A stretch of 64,000 nt of DNA from the NCBI GenBank assembly GCA_001794025.1, contig MGJA01000003.1:76909-140908 (forward strand), given 5' to 3'. Origin of the DNA: Candidatus Yanofskybacteria bacterium RIFCSPHIGHO2_01_FULL_41_21. Its GTDB lineage: Bacteria > Patescibacteriota > Minisyncoccia > 2-02-FULL-40-12 > GWA2-44-9. The notes beneath the pieces were generated by a model. The model made no database searches. It saw only the letters and a list, made by a program, of their open reading frames with translations, and was not told where the DNA came from. The position numbers were made by a program, and so were the translations under genes. Below, piece after piece: positions 1-10,457 of the stretch; position 1 is the first letter of the stretch, and each line of letters begins with the position of its first letter.

Positions 1-1
1 C

Positions 2-979
2 GGAGATGGTTATGTCAATGAAACGGTTGCAGTAACATGGTCATCTGATTATACAACGTCTTCAAAGTCGGCTGATTTTAACTCAAGCACGACCAGCACT
101 TATAATGGCACTCCTTTACCGTTCGGTCACAAGGTCCAGGTTTTCCAATATGGCGGTACTTTTGAAACTACCCCGATAACTTATGGAGTTATTACGGCCG
201 GGGATAGTTATGGAACGACTTGTAGTCCATCTTCGGGTTATTGGTATTGCGCTGTTCCATTGGCTAATACGGGAACTTCAGCTAGGTGGGCAGGTGGAAC
301 TATGCAAACAACGACTACAACATATACGGATAGAAGCACAGGAGGCGACGCTCAGACCTTATCAATCATAACTCCAGTAAGCAATATATCAGGTGGAGCA
401 GACCCGGACCCAACTCCGACCCCGACCCCAGATGCTTCACCAACTCCGACACCGGAACCTGGTGCTTCCCCGACCCCGACCCCAGATGCTTCACCAACTC
501 CGACACCGACTCCAAGTACTATTGTCACCCCAGCTTCTAGAGGATTCGTCAGTTTGGTGGCTTTAGGACTCAAAGAAGGGGATACGATTAGCGCTGCTGG
601 TTCTAGTGATCCCGATATCTATATTCCTAATATTTACGGTTATAAACGTCTATTCTTAAATCCAGCTATCTTTAATTTCTATGGACATCTCGGTGGATTT
701 AGAAATGTTAAAAACGCCACAGCTGTGACAAGAGATAAAATGGTAACTTCGGGTCTCTTTAGAAACTGTGAAACGAATGATCCCAAAGTATATGGTGTAG
801 AAATAAACGGCGAAGATACCGGTCTATTGCATTGGGTAAACACGACAGGAGCTCAAGCTATTGCCGATGATGCAAACTTCTTCAAAAAGGTATTCTGTAT
901 TAATACCAATGAATTTAACTGGTATTCCAAGGGCTCTAACTACACTTCAGTTAACCAAGTGCCTACATATACCCGATAA
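2..979 (+). CDS. 5'-truncated CDS; secreted/cell-surface protein with Pro-Thr-rich linker (DPDPTPTPTPDASPTPTP...) and C-terminal globular domain
   Basis: Frame 2 is open from window start through stop at 977-979. The ORF track only reports it from the internal Met at 260. PT-rich low-complexity linker encoded by a 54-nt tandem repeat. Confidence 0.7.
   Translation, partial: GDGYVNETVAVTWSSDYTTSSKSADFNSSTTSTYNGTPLPFGHKVQVFQYGGTFETTPITYGVITAGDSYGTTCSPSSGYWYCAVPLANTGTSARWAGGTMQTTTTTYTDRSTGGDAQTLSIITPVSNISGGADPDPTPTPTPDASPTPTPEPGASPTPTPDASPTPTPTPSTIVTPASRGFVSLVALGLKEGDTISAAGSSDPDIYIPNIYGYKRLFLNPAIFNFYGHLGGFRNVKNATAVTRDKMVTSGLFRNCETNDPKVYGVEINGEDTGLLHWVNTTGAQAIADDANFFKKVFCINTNEFNWYSKGSNYTSVNQVPTYTR
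409..525 (+). repeat. 54-nt tandem repeat (2 copies) encoding PT-rich linker
   Basis: ccgaccccgaccccagatgcttcaccaactccgacacc occurs at 416-453 and 470-507. Period 54 nt = 18 aa. Confidence 0.8.
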
Positions 980-997
980 ACTGTTGGTAGCTCAAAC

Positions 998-1047
998 AAA
1001 TCAATCCTGCCATGCCTGCCATGACGGGACTGATTTGTTTACTATTG
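998..1047 (+). terminator. Possible stem-loop terminator downstream of the first CDS
   Basis: aaatcaatcc ... ggactgattt imperfect 10-bp inverted repeat followed by a T-rich stretch. Weak. Confidence 0.25.
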
Positions 1048-1080
1048 GTTTATTGAAATTAATATAGTATTATAAAACAT

Positions 1081-1599
1081 ATGATAAAAAACACCTATAT
1101 TTATTTGATTGTTGTCGCGGCGGTTGTTGGAGGGGTAATTTTTTTGATGAATCGGGACAATAAGACCGATAATATTGGAGATACCTCGGATTTAGTCAGT
1201 TCAAGTTCGGAACCAGTTCAGTCATTGGTTCCAACCCCTACACCTACCCCAACTCCAAAATTAACTAAGAGCACCCCCAAACCATCTCCGAAGATAATTA
1301 TAACGGAAGTTAATCAATACCAATTTTTGGTTGATTGGCTGGACCCGTTAAATAGGCGCTTAACTCTTGATAGGGATTGTACGTCTATTGTGCCATCTCA
1401 AGTTGCCTACCCAAACAATACTCAAATTATGCTTGATAATACTTTTTCACCCAAAGCACAGGTTATAAAAATCGGTACCAAAGAATATTCGGTCACGGCT
1501 AACGGTTGGTTACTCGTTACTCTTGTCAGTTCAGAACTTCCCGCAAAGTTGACTATGTTCTGTGGATCTATGGAATTGGGTCAACTTGATTTACAATAA
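1081..1599 (+). CDS. Small membrane-anchored protein with N-terminal TM helix and PT linker (PTPTPTPK); function unknown
   Basis: ORF track. Hydrophobic N-terminus YIYLIVVAAVVGGVIFL, then a PT-rich segment. Confidence 0.6.
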   Translation: MIKNTYIYLIVVAAVVGGVIFLMNRDNKTDNIGDTSDLVSSSSEPVQSLVPTPTPTPTPKLTKSTPKPSPKIIITEVNQYQFLVDWLDPLNRRLTLDRDCTSIVPSQVAYPNNTQIMLDNTFSPKAQVIKIGTKEYSVTANGWLLVTLVSSELPAKLTMFCGSMELGQLDLQ

Positions 1600-1623
1600 C
1601 GTTCAGGACTCCACTTTGCATAT

Positions 1624-3309
1624 TTGATTCTCATGGTATTTATTAAGAAAAATATCGGCTATCTTATAGCCCTCTTTGGATTAGGATTTTTTCTTTACGC
1701 TTTTAATCTTCACGGCCCGCTTTTTTGGGATGATGCCGATTGGATTATTAATAATCCATACATTCACACACTAACGTGGGAAAATATTAAATTCATATTT
1801 ACTCACGATACGAATGCCGGCATTGGTCTTGTCTCAAATTATTATCGGCCATTTCTGTTCCTAACATTAATGGCTAATTATATTATTTCTGGATCAGAGT
1901 CGGTCTTATACCATCTGGTAAATAATATCATCCATATCGGGAACGGTATCCTTATCTTCTATCTTTTAAACCGATGGTTTAAACATCCACGAATTGCATT
2001 TCTATCTGCGTTGTTATTTGTTATTCATCCGTTACAAACCGAAGCAATAGTAATTGTTTCAGGAAGAGGAGACCCCTTGTCTGTTTTTTTAGTTTTGTTT
2101 GGAATAATTTCTTTTCTTGTACTTAAAGACAGGAATCGTTATTGGTTCGCATATGGTGTAGCAAGTATCGCCATGATCTTGGCGGTTTTAAGTAGGGAAG
2201 TCACAGTCCTATTTCCGGCTTATTTAGGGGTGGTTTTAATGGCGTTTGAAAATCAGGGCCGGTTTTTGGCTCGTTTTAAAAAATCATTTATTGCCGTGGT
2301 GCCATTTTTAGGTATTACGGTTGTATATGGCATTCTTCGTCTCACGGTTCTAAATTTTCAAAACACTCTTAATTTCTATCAACAGCAGAATATTTATAGT
2401 GAGAATTTGTTGTATCGTGTCTACACTTTCTTTCATGCTCTGGTTGTATATATTCGGTTAATTATTTGGCCAACGGGGCTACACATGGATAGAGATATTC
2501 CAGTCAGTACTCACATCTGGGACCCTTGGTCATGGCTGGGAGCATTGATAATTATCGGCTTGATTGTTTTGTTGATTTATTTATATCGTTCAGAAGTTAG
2601 TAAATTTAGAAATTCGAAATTAGAAATTAGTAATTATTCTTTCAATGTTTGGTTCTTCGGACTAGGAATATTTTTTGTGAATCTATTACCAACATCAGGA
2701 CTCATTCCAATAAATGCTCGTATCTATGAACATTGGCTTTATTTCTCGCTCTTTGGATTTTTTACAATTGCGGCTTTTTATCTGGACAAAATTCTTAGTT
2801 TTTTTAAAAATAAAGATTCTAAGTTCTACGTTCTAATTACTATTTCCTTCGTCATCTATTGTTTATTTCTTGGTGTTCAGACCATTCGTCGTAATTTACT
2901 CTGGAGTAATACAGAGAAATTTTATTTAAATATTCTTAAATATGAACCCGAGGATGTCCGGGTTATTAACAATTTAGGAAATTGGTACTCTGATCATGGA
3001 AATAATGATTTGGCAAAACCGCTTTATGAGCGAGCTATTGCCATTGATCCGAACCAACCCGCCCTGTATCATAACCTCGGAAATATTGCTCGTGATAGTG
3101 GTCAACTAGATCGGGCTGAAGAATTATACAAAAAAGCCATTTCTACCGATCCGACATTCCATTACGCTTATGGTAACCTCGCCCAGCTTTATCTTAATCA
3201 AAATAAAATAACTCAAGCATTAGAAATGCTTGAACAACTCCAAAAAATATATCCAACAATCCAAACCCAGCAAAATATAGAGATGTTACAGGGATTGGTT
3301 AATAAATAG
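1624..3309 (+). CDS. Polytopic membrane protein with C-terminal TPR repeats; TMTC/PMT_2 (DUF1736)-like putative protein O-mannosyl/glycosyltransferase
   Basis: Multiple predicted TM helices. C-terminal NLGNWYSDHGNNDLAKPLYERAIAIDPNQPALYHNLGN... are TPR units. Architecture matches the TMTC-like family. Confidence 0.6.
   Translation: MILMVFIKKNIGYLIALFGLGFFLYAFNLHGPLFWDDADWIINNPYIHTLTWENIKFIFTHDTNAGIGLVSNYYRPFLFLTLMANYIISGSESVLYHLVNNIIHIGNGILIFYLLNRWFKHPRIAFLSALLFVIHPLQTEAIVIVSGRGDPLSVFLVLFGIISFLVLKDRNRYWFAYGVASIAMILAVLSREVTVLFPAYLGVVLMAFENQGRFLARFKKSFIAVVPFLGITVVYGILRLTVLNFQNTLNFYQQQNIYSENLLYRVYTFFHALVVYIRLIIWPTGLHMDRDIPVSTHIWDPWSWLGALIIIGLIVLLIYLYRSEVSKFRNSKLEISNYSFNVWFFGLGIFFVNLLPTSGLIPINARIYEHWLYFSLFGFFTIAAFYLDKILSFFKNKDSKFYVLITISFVIYCLFLGVQTIRRNLLWSNTEKFYLNILKYEPEDVRVINNLGNWYSDHGNNDLAKPLYERAIAIDPNQPALYHNLGNIARDSGQLDRAEELYKKAISTDPTFHYAYGNLAQLYLNQNKITQALEMLEQLQKIYPTIQTQQNIEMLQGLVNK
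2598..2634 (+). repeat. Heptanucleotide tandem repeat (TAGAAAT-like, 4-5 units) inside the TMTC-like gene
   Basis: tagaaat tcgaaat tagaaat tagtaat. Confidence 0.75.
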
Positions 3310-3600
3310 ACACTCGTGAAGGTCATTACCATTCTCGACACGCCTCCGGCTCTCTCGGTCCTCTCCGAGCGACCTCATCGCCTCAGCTAAGCTCGCATTG
3401 CAGTTCGTTGGTTGATCGGCCTGCTGGCCATTAATTATATCAACCAACTCCTGCAACGTCTCGATTGTCTCGAATTGGCAATGACCATCACTCGTTTGGC
3501 TCTCTAGTTTTTAAGGATTTCCTTGTCTGTGGAGTGAGAAAAATAGTGAGGGCTTCGCTTTTGTTTAGATTTAAAAAATAAATAGGGACTGTAGCGACCG
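3301..3600 (+). repeat. GC-rich structured element A; inverted homolog of 61540-61815; putative ncRNA or structured 3'UTR element
   Basis: About 90% identical core (gcattgcagttcgttggttgatcggcctgctggccattaattatatcaaccaactcctgcaacgtctc) to the reverse complement of 61657-61735. Nested stems with compensatory changes. Starts at the stop codon of the upstream + gene. Confidence 0.6.
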
Positions 3601-3760
3601 ACACCCTAACCCCCAGCGAGAAGTCGCGCAGACCCCGAAGCTAGGATTATGTCGATGGGTGCGGAAGACATAATCCGAGGTGCTTGGTGAGGAACCGAGC
3701 GGTCTAGATAAAAACCTGCCGCTGGAACAGGTTTATTATCGGTCGAGTCGGGGGTTAGGG
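3595..3760. repeat. Long hairpin domain: 13-bp closing stem caccctaaccccc / gggggttagggtg enclosing ~125 nt with internal hairpin ggattatgtc...gacataatcc
   Basis: Perfect inverted repeats at 3596-3608 and 3741-3753. GC-rich relative to flanks. Sits in a 500-nt gap between convergent genes. Confidence 0.5.
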
Positions 3761-3812
3761 TGGAGGGAGCGAACTCCAAGAGGAAGCCATGAGGAAACCC
3801 CACAAAGAGCTA

Positions 3813-5324
3813 TTATTTTTGGATGAGGGGTAAATTTTGTTGGGTGCGACGGACGAAGATGACGACGGAGTCGTCCTGATAGACGAGGGGCCAATTTTTG
3901 TCTTGGGAGATGAAAGATAGGAATGTTTGGGCCCAAGGGGTGATGTCATGATAATCAAAAAAGACATAATTAATCTTGTATTGATCGGAATATTTTTTCC
4001 ACAATTCAGGTGATTGTTGCATTGGGATATAAATCTTTTGGAAAAAATCCACGGAATAGGCCTCGGGTCGGCCATCAACAAAAACTTTTTGATTTGGATA
4101 GAGTTTCCAAATCAAGTAACTACCGACGTCAAAGTTATTAAATACCGGCCCGGCGAGTTTATTATCTTTAACAAAATTGGCTCCACCTTCAGCACCAGCA
4201 GAGACCTCTAACCCAAAAATATCTCCGGAACCGGCCCACCTATAAAATTTATTATCAACTACAGCGTTTAGCGAAAATAAACAAATAGCGATAATTATAA
4301 CGTAAGTCCCCGCCTTAATTTTATAATTATTAAAAGTCGGGAATAGCCACGATTGAAGATTGAGGGCAAAGATAGGGATGAAAACAATTGCATATGGTCC
4401 AAGATTTCTAATCATATCAAAGCCCAAAATTGTGAAAGCCAAACCAGTACCAACTTCAAAAATATAACTCTTAAAACCGTGTCTTTTTAGAGCAGGAATA
4501 AAGCTTAACCAAAATAAAATAGTCGCTAAGATAAAAATATTAATTCTAGTAAGGAGAATGCCGTAATTTTTTATGAAAAGTATGGATTGGTTTTCCACAA
4601 TACTGTAGCCATAACTATTGAGAATATTAAAAGGCGTCAAAGCCCCATAAATACCGTTAGGATTTATTACGGTTGCTATCAAAGAAAAGCCGGTTATCTT
4701 CACGATTAAACGCCAATCGGGATCGCGATTTATCCAACGATCAATAGCGAATAACCCTAACAACATTGGCCCAAGAATAAAGTAGATATGCATATTGGTC
4801 CAAACTAATTGAACAAGAGGAGTCACATAGAGCCAAGTGTATTTTTGAGAATATTTTGCTTGAAAGATTGCGAATAAAAAATAGGCCAAGAAAAGGTAAC
4901 TGAATATTTCCGGCCGGACATCGGTGCGGTCTAACATAACCAACAATCCAACTAAGCCGGCAATGATAAATGGTAATGGCTCAATTTTTTTAGCCACAGA
5001 TCGCCACAAGAGCCAAAAAGTTGTGATTAAAATTCCGGCTTTAAATATAATTAGACCCTTTAATCCAATAAAGAGATTTAAAATATAAAAAACGACTTCA
5101 CTTAACCAATGATGGTTTATGAATGGAACATCTGGTTCGGTATATGAAAATAGGTTTGTTTCCGGAACATGTTTGGTCTCCAAGATAATTTTGCCAGTTT
5201 TAATGTGTCGACCAATGTCTTGATTAATAGAGCCAAGCGAATGAACAAAAACCGCACCTGCAAGTGCGAAAAATATTACCAAAGAAGTAAATTTAAAAAA
5301 TGTTGAGATTCTAATAGGACTCAT
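3813..5324 (-). CDS. Polytopic membrane protein with C-terminal extracytoplasmic domain; GT-C-like putative glycosyltransferase (function uncertain)
   Basis: ORF track. More than 10 hydrophobic segments followed by a soluble C-terminal region. Confidence 0.5.
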   Translation of the reverse strand: MSPIRISTFFKFTSLVIFFALAGAVFVHSLGSINQDIGRHIKTGKIILETKHVPETNLFSYTEPDVPFINHHWLSEVVFYILNLFIGLKGLIIFKAGILITTFWLLWRSVAKKIEPLPFIIAGLVGLLVMLDRTDVRPEIFSYLFLAYFLFAIFQAKYSQKYTWLYVTPLVQLVWTNMHIYFILGPMLLGLFAIDRWINRDPDWRLIVKITGFSLIATVINPNGIYGALTPFNILNSYGYSIVENQSILFIKNYGILLTRINIFILATILFWLSFIPALKRHGFKSYIFEVGTGLAFTILGFDMIRNLGPYAIVFIPIFALNLQSWLFPTFNNYKIKAGTYVIIIAICLFSLNAVVDNKFYRWAGSGDIFGLEVSAGAEGGANFVKDNKLAGPVFNNFDVGSYLIWKLYPNQKVFVDGRPEAYSVDFFQKIYIPMQQSPELWKKYSDQYKINYVFFDYHDITPWAQTFLSFISQDKNWPLVYQDDSVVIFVRRTQQNLPLIQK

Positions 5325-5348
5325 TTGAATTGATCTAATTAGGTCAAT

Positions 5349-6512
5349 TTATAGTAGTTTTTCTATTTTAAGAATAGTGACTTCAATATTAAAGGTGAAA
5401 AGAACACGTTGGTGGGCTTGAATTCCCATTTCATTAGCTCGTGATTCATTATCCAAGAACATAGTGACATGTTCTGAAATTTGATTTGAATTGCGAGGGT
5501 CAATAATATAGCCATTAACCCCATTTTCAATGATTTCGGGTATGGCGCCGACATTGGTGGCAATGATAGGTAATTTGGCCCCCATTGCCTCCAAAATGAC
5601 CCAAGGGAAGCCCTCTTTCACTGAAGGCAGGAGGAATACGTCAAAAGCGTTTAAATACCTTGAGGCCTGTTCTTTTCGGCCAACAAGTAATACTTTTTCG
5701 GTTAAACCATTTTCTTCTATCAGTTTATTAAGAGCATGACGTTCCGTACCGTCGCCGATAACACACCATACAACATCTTCACGATTAATTTTGGTTGCGG
5801 ATTCAATTAAATATTCCAATCCCTTGGTTGGGTAAAAATTTGCGATAGTGCCGATGATTTTTTTTGAATGCGGAAGACCTAATTGAGAACGGGCTTCATC
5901 TCTTTCCAGGAGATCTAGTTTGTATGGATCAAGACCATTATGAATTAAAACAATATCCTGACGGGGTTTAATGCCAATTTCTTTGGCCTTAATTAAATCA
6001 TAATTATTGTTAACGATAATAATATCTTTCCAAGATGCACTTATCTTTTCCAATGTTCTCCAAAGAGCTTTTTTCCAGGCCGGCCAAGGATCATTGAATG
6101 TCCAGCCCCCGATACGGTAGATGACCTTAGGTCGTAACTGTGACCACTGAGCCGCTAATGACCCAATAAACCCGGCTTTAGAACTTCCCAACAAAAGCGT
6201 GTCCGGTTTTAATTTTTGGATAAGTTTTTTTATTTGATCAACGGCCAGAATATCGTAAATTGGACTAATGTTTCGTTTCAACGCGGATAATACGAAAACC
6301 GGGACTCCCAGTTCTAATAGAGCTTGGGAGAATGAACCATCACCATCAGCACCGACCGCTACAGAAATATCATAGGCATCTTTTTTCGTGTGCCTGATAA
6401 ATTGAAGAATAAATTGCTGAGCACCACCAATTTCCGACTGGGTAATGATAAAGAGAACCTTCTTTTTAGGTGTTTGGCTGGCGCCACCAAAAGCATTGAT
6501 ACTAGTGTCCAT
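5349..6512 (-). CDS. Glycosyltransferase family 4 (GT-B)
   Basis: C-terminal EGFPWVILEAMGAKLPIIATNVGAIPEII (E-x7-E GT4 motif). Confidence 0.8.
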   Translation of the reverse strand: MDTSINAFGGASQTPKKKVLFIITQSEIGGAQQFILQFIRHTKKDAYDISVAVGADGDGSFSQALLELGVPVFVLSALKRNISPIYDILAVDQIKKLIQKLKPDTLLLGSSKAGFIGSLAAQWSQLRPKVIYRIGGWTFNDPWPAWKKALWRTLEKISASWKDIIIVNNNYDLIKAKEIGIKPRQDIVLIHNGLDPYKLDLLERDEARSQLGLPHSKKIIGTIANFYPTKGLEYLIESATKINREDVVWCVIGDGTERHALNKLIEENGLTEKVLLVGRKEQASRYLNAFDVFLLPSVKEGFPWVILEAMGAKLPIIATNVGAIPEIIENGVNGYIIDPRNSNQISEHVTMFLDNESRANEMGIQAHQRVLFTFNIEVTILKIEKLL

Positions 6513-6534
6513 TTATGGTAAAATATTAGCACAT

Positions 6535-7648
<1,114 letters not shown>

Positions 7649-7668
<20 letters not shown>

Positions 7669-8821
7669 TATTCTCATTGCGACCGGTATTTTTTCTCCAG
7701 ACATTGGTGGCCCAGCTTCATATGCTCAGACACTGGCCATGCGTTTGGCTGAATCAGAAAAAGTAACCATGGTCACCTATTCTTCTGTTTGGAGTTCGTC
7801 GGCTGATTTAAAGCTACCATTTCGGGTAGTAAGAATCTGGGCAAAATGGCCGAAGGGGATTAAACACGGAATATATTTTGTGAAGATGTTGCTGGAAGCA
7901 AGAAATTGTGGAGTTATATTTGCTTTGAATGCGGTGAGCGCGGGAATACCGGCCCGATTCGTGGCCCGTGTTTTTAAGCGAAAATTCATTGTAAAAATTG
8001 TCGGTGATTCCGCCTGGGAACGGGCGATTGGAAAAGGCAGGACCTCCCTACTTCTCAATGATTTTCAGAAAGTAAAACGTTCGGGTCGGGCGCGAATAAT
8101 GCACGCGCTTCAATTCTCAGTTTGCAAAGGCGCCCATATGATTATTGTTCCCTCGGAATATCTTAGAAATATTGTTGAAGGTTGGGGTATTTCAAAAGAA
8201 AAGATTAAAGTTGTTTATAATGGTTCTGATTTTAAGCCGTCTTTGTTATCTAAAGAAGAGTCCAAGAAAAAGCTGGGCATTACAGGAAACGTTTTATTTA
8301 CTTGGGGCCGGCTCGTGCCATGGAAAGGATTTAGAATGCTGATTAAAATAATGCCGAAGCTCGCTGAAATTAACCCATTTTTTAAGTTGGTTATTGTCGG
8401 TTCCGGTCCGGATAAATCTATCCTTGAGGCCATGATTAAAAACTTACGGCTTGAGCGAAAAGTTATCCTTGCTGGTCGAAAGAATCTGGAAGAAGTGGCC
8501 GAGTATTTAGCTACGGCTGACATGGCCGTTTTAAATAGTGGGTATGAGGGATTTTCTCACCAGCTTTTGGAGGCAATGATTGCCGGCGTGCCGTTGATTA
8601 CAACCAATGCCGGCGGGAATAGGGAGATAATCCACCAAGGCCAAAATGGAATTATGGTTAAATACAATGACGAGTTTAATTTGATTGAAGTGATTCGGGC
8701 AATTTGGAATAATCAGGAACTACAGGATCATTTTATAGCTGAAGGAAAGAAAACCGCATCCCATTTTAACGTTGAAAAAATGTTTAATGAGACATCTGCA
8801 TTATTAAAAACTCAGCTATGA
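7649..8821 (+). CDS. Glycosyltransferase family 4 (GT-B)
   Basis: GYEGFSHQLLEAMIAGVPLITTNAGGNREII. Start at Met 7649 (MKPLQNN...), overlapping the upstream stop. Confidence 0.8.
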
Positions 8822-9957
8822 GTAATCTTTTAATGATTTCAGGCGACCGTTCTTTAGCCGAAGGTAAACACGGCGCTTTTTATAACACTCTTGAAGAACT
8901 CCATAAACATTTTGAAAAAATAGATGTTATTTGTCCTAAAATTAGAAATTCGAAATTAGGAATTAGAAATTTCTTCGGTAACGTCGAAGTCCATCCTTCT
9001 CCATGGCCCTTAATATTACAGCCATTCTGGATTTATCGTCGAGGTCTTAAAATTTTGAAAGCTAATGGCTACTCGCTAATGACTAATAACTATCTTATGA
9101 CGGTCCACGACTATCCTCCGTTCTATAATGGATTTGGTGCATATTTATTATCTCTCGCGACTTGTGTGCCGTATATGTTGGAAATTATGCATATTCCCGG
9201 TTTGCCCAAAAGTGGGTCATCAAAAGAATTTATCTATAAATATTTAACCAAGTTTTTTATTCGTTTTGATGCGCATCGTGCCCGAGCGGTTCGAGTTATT
9301 AATCATAAACAGACCAAAGATTTTATAATTCAAGCCGGTGTGCCTGTTTCAAAAATAAAATATATTCCTGCTTTTTACATTAATCTTGATGTTTTTAAAC
9401 CAATCAGTTTGGAAAAAAAGTATGATTTAATTTTTGTCGGTCGCTTGGAATCCAACAAGGGCGTAGAGTTATTGTTTGAAGCAATAAAAAATCTCAAGCA
9501 CCAAATTCCAAATATCAAATGTCTGATTGTGGGAGAAGGTTCTCTTCTGAATCATTGTAAATTAGAAATTGTAAATTGGAAATTGCAGGACAACGTCCTG
9601 TTTAATGGTTTTGCAAAAGATTTTCTTGAAATAGCTCGTCTTATAAACGAATCAAAAGTATTGGTTATGCCATCGTATAATGAGGGCGGTCCGCGTGTAA
9701 TTTTAGAAGCGATGGCTTGTGGTGTCCCGGTTCTTGCTACACCGGTTGGAATTGTGTTAGATATAGTTAAAGATAAAGAGTCGGGTGTTATTATTGATTG
9801 GGATGGGGCCGATATCGCAAAAAAAATAAATATTTTGTTGAACGATAGGCAAATTTATAATAAATATCAGAGTGCCGGTTTGGAAATCGTTAAATTATTT
9901 GAACGTCAATCGGCAATTAAAAATTATGCCGAGAAGTTATCTTTATTAATAAAATGA
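8818..9957 (+). CDS. Glycosyltransferase family 4 (GT-B)
   Basis: PSYNEGGPRVILEAMACGVPVLATPVGIVLDIV. ATGA overlap with the upstream gene. Confidence 0.8.
   Translation: MSNLLMISGDRSLAEGKHGAFYNTLEELHKHFEKIDVICPKIRNSKLGIRNFFGNVEVHPSPWPLILQPFWIYRRGLKILKANGYSLMTNNYLMTVHDYPPFYNGFGAYLLSLATCVPYMLEIMHIPGLPKSGSSKEFIYKYLTKFFIRFDAHRARAVRVINHKQTKDFIIQAGVPVSKIKYIPAFYINLDVFKPISLEKKYDLIFVGRLESNKGVELLFEAIKNLKHQIPNIKCLIVGEGSLLNHCKLEIVNWKLQDNVLFNGFAKDFLEIARLINESKVLVMPSYNEGGPRVILEAMACGVPVLATPVGIVLDIVKDKESGVIIDWDGADIAKKINILLNDRQIYNKYQSAGLEIVKLFERQSAIKNYAEKLSLLIK
8941..8968 (+). repeat. Heptanucleotide tandem repeat (ATTAGAA-like)x4 inside GT4 coding sequence
   Basis: attagaa attcgaa attagga attagaa. Shares the identical 16-mer agaaattcgaaattag with 2607-2634. 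Confidence 0.8.
9559..9586 (+). repeat. Heptanucleotide tandem repeat (AAATTNN)x4 inside the same GT4 gene
   Basis: aaattag aaattgt aaattgg aaattgc. Confidence 0.75.
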
Positions 9958-10457
9958 AAAAAATTAAAAAAAGTTTGGTCAAAATCAAACCTTGTAAAAA
10001 AGTAAATACCTTTGATGTGAAGACCAAGAAATCTAACGGATGGCTCCTGGAGGTTATAAGCGATAGGGATGGATTTACGAAACACTTACGCGGACAAGTT
10101 TATTTGGCCGTTGCTGACCCCGGAGAATTTAAAGGTTTTCATCTCCATGCGGATGCTGATTATTTTGTGACGTGTTTGAAGGGTACTATTAAGCATGTTG
10201 TATACAAAACAATTAAAGAGAAGGAAGAGATTAAAATGGGAGACGATAATTTTAAAACGGTCTTCTTGCCTAAAGGGTATCCCCACGCTTTTGACAATAT
10301 TGGCAAGGAACCGGCGTATATTATGGTGTATCGTTACCCTGCTTGGTCGCCCGACATTAAAGAACAGTTTGATATACCAAAAAATCAAATAGAAAATCCT
10401 GAATCCTGGAAAAAGATACGCGCATTCATCAAAGATTTCAATAAAAGAAAATTATAA
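9954..10457 (+). CDS. Cupin-fold NDP-sugar ketoisomerase/epimerase (WxcM/FdtA/QdtA-like)
   Basis: GFHLHADADYFVTCLKGTIKHVVY His-rich cupin motif; size ~165 aa. ATGA overlap. Confidence 0.6.
   Translation: MKKIKKSLVKIKPCKKVNTFDVKTKKSNGWLLEVISDRDGFTKHLRGQVYLAVADPGEFKGFHLHADADYFVTCLKGTIKHVVYKTIKEKEEIKMGDDNFKTVFLPKGYPHAFDNIGKEPAYIMVYRYPAWSPDIKEQFDIPKNQIENPESWKKIRAFIKDFNKRKL

Noticed and set aside
3606-4211. Small ORFs 3606-3803(-), 3736-3936(-), 3755-4081(-) and 4014-4211(+) in and around element A
   Set aside because: They overlap the structured GC-rich element or the 3' end of gene 3813-5324 in other frames and have no coding features. They are better explained as ncRNA or repeat sequence.
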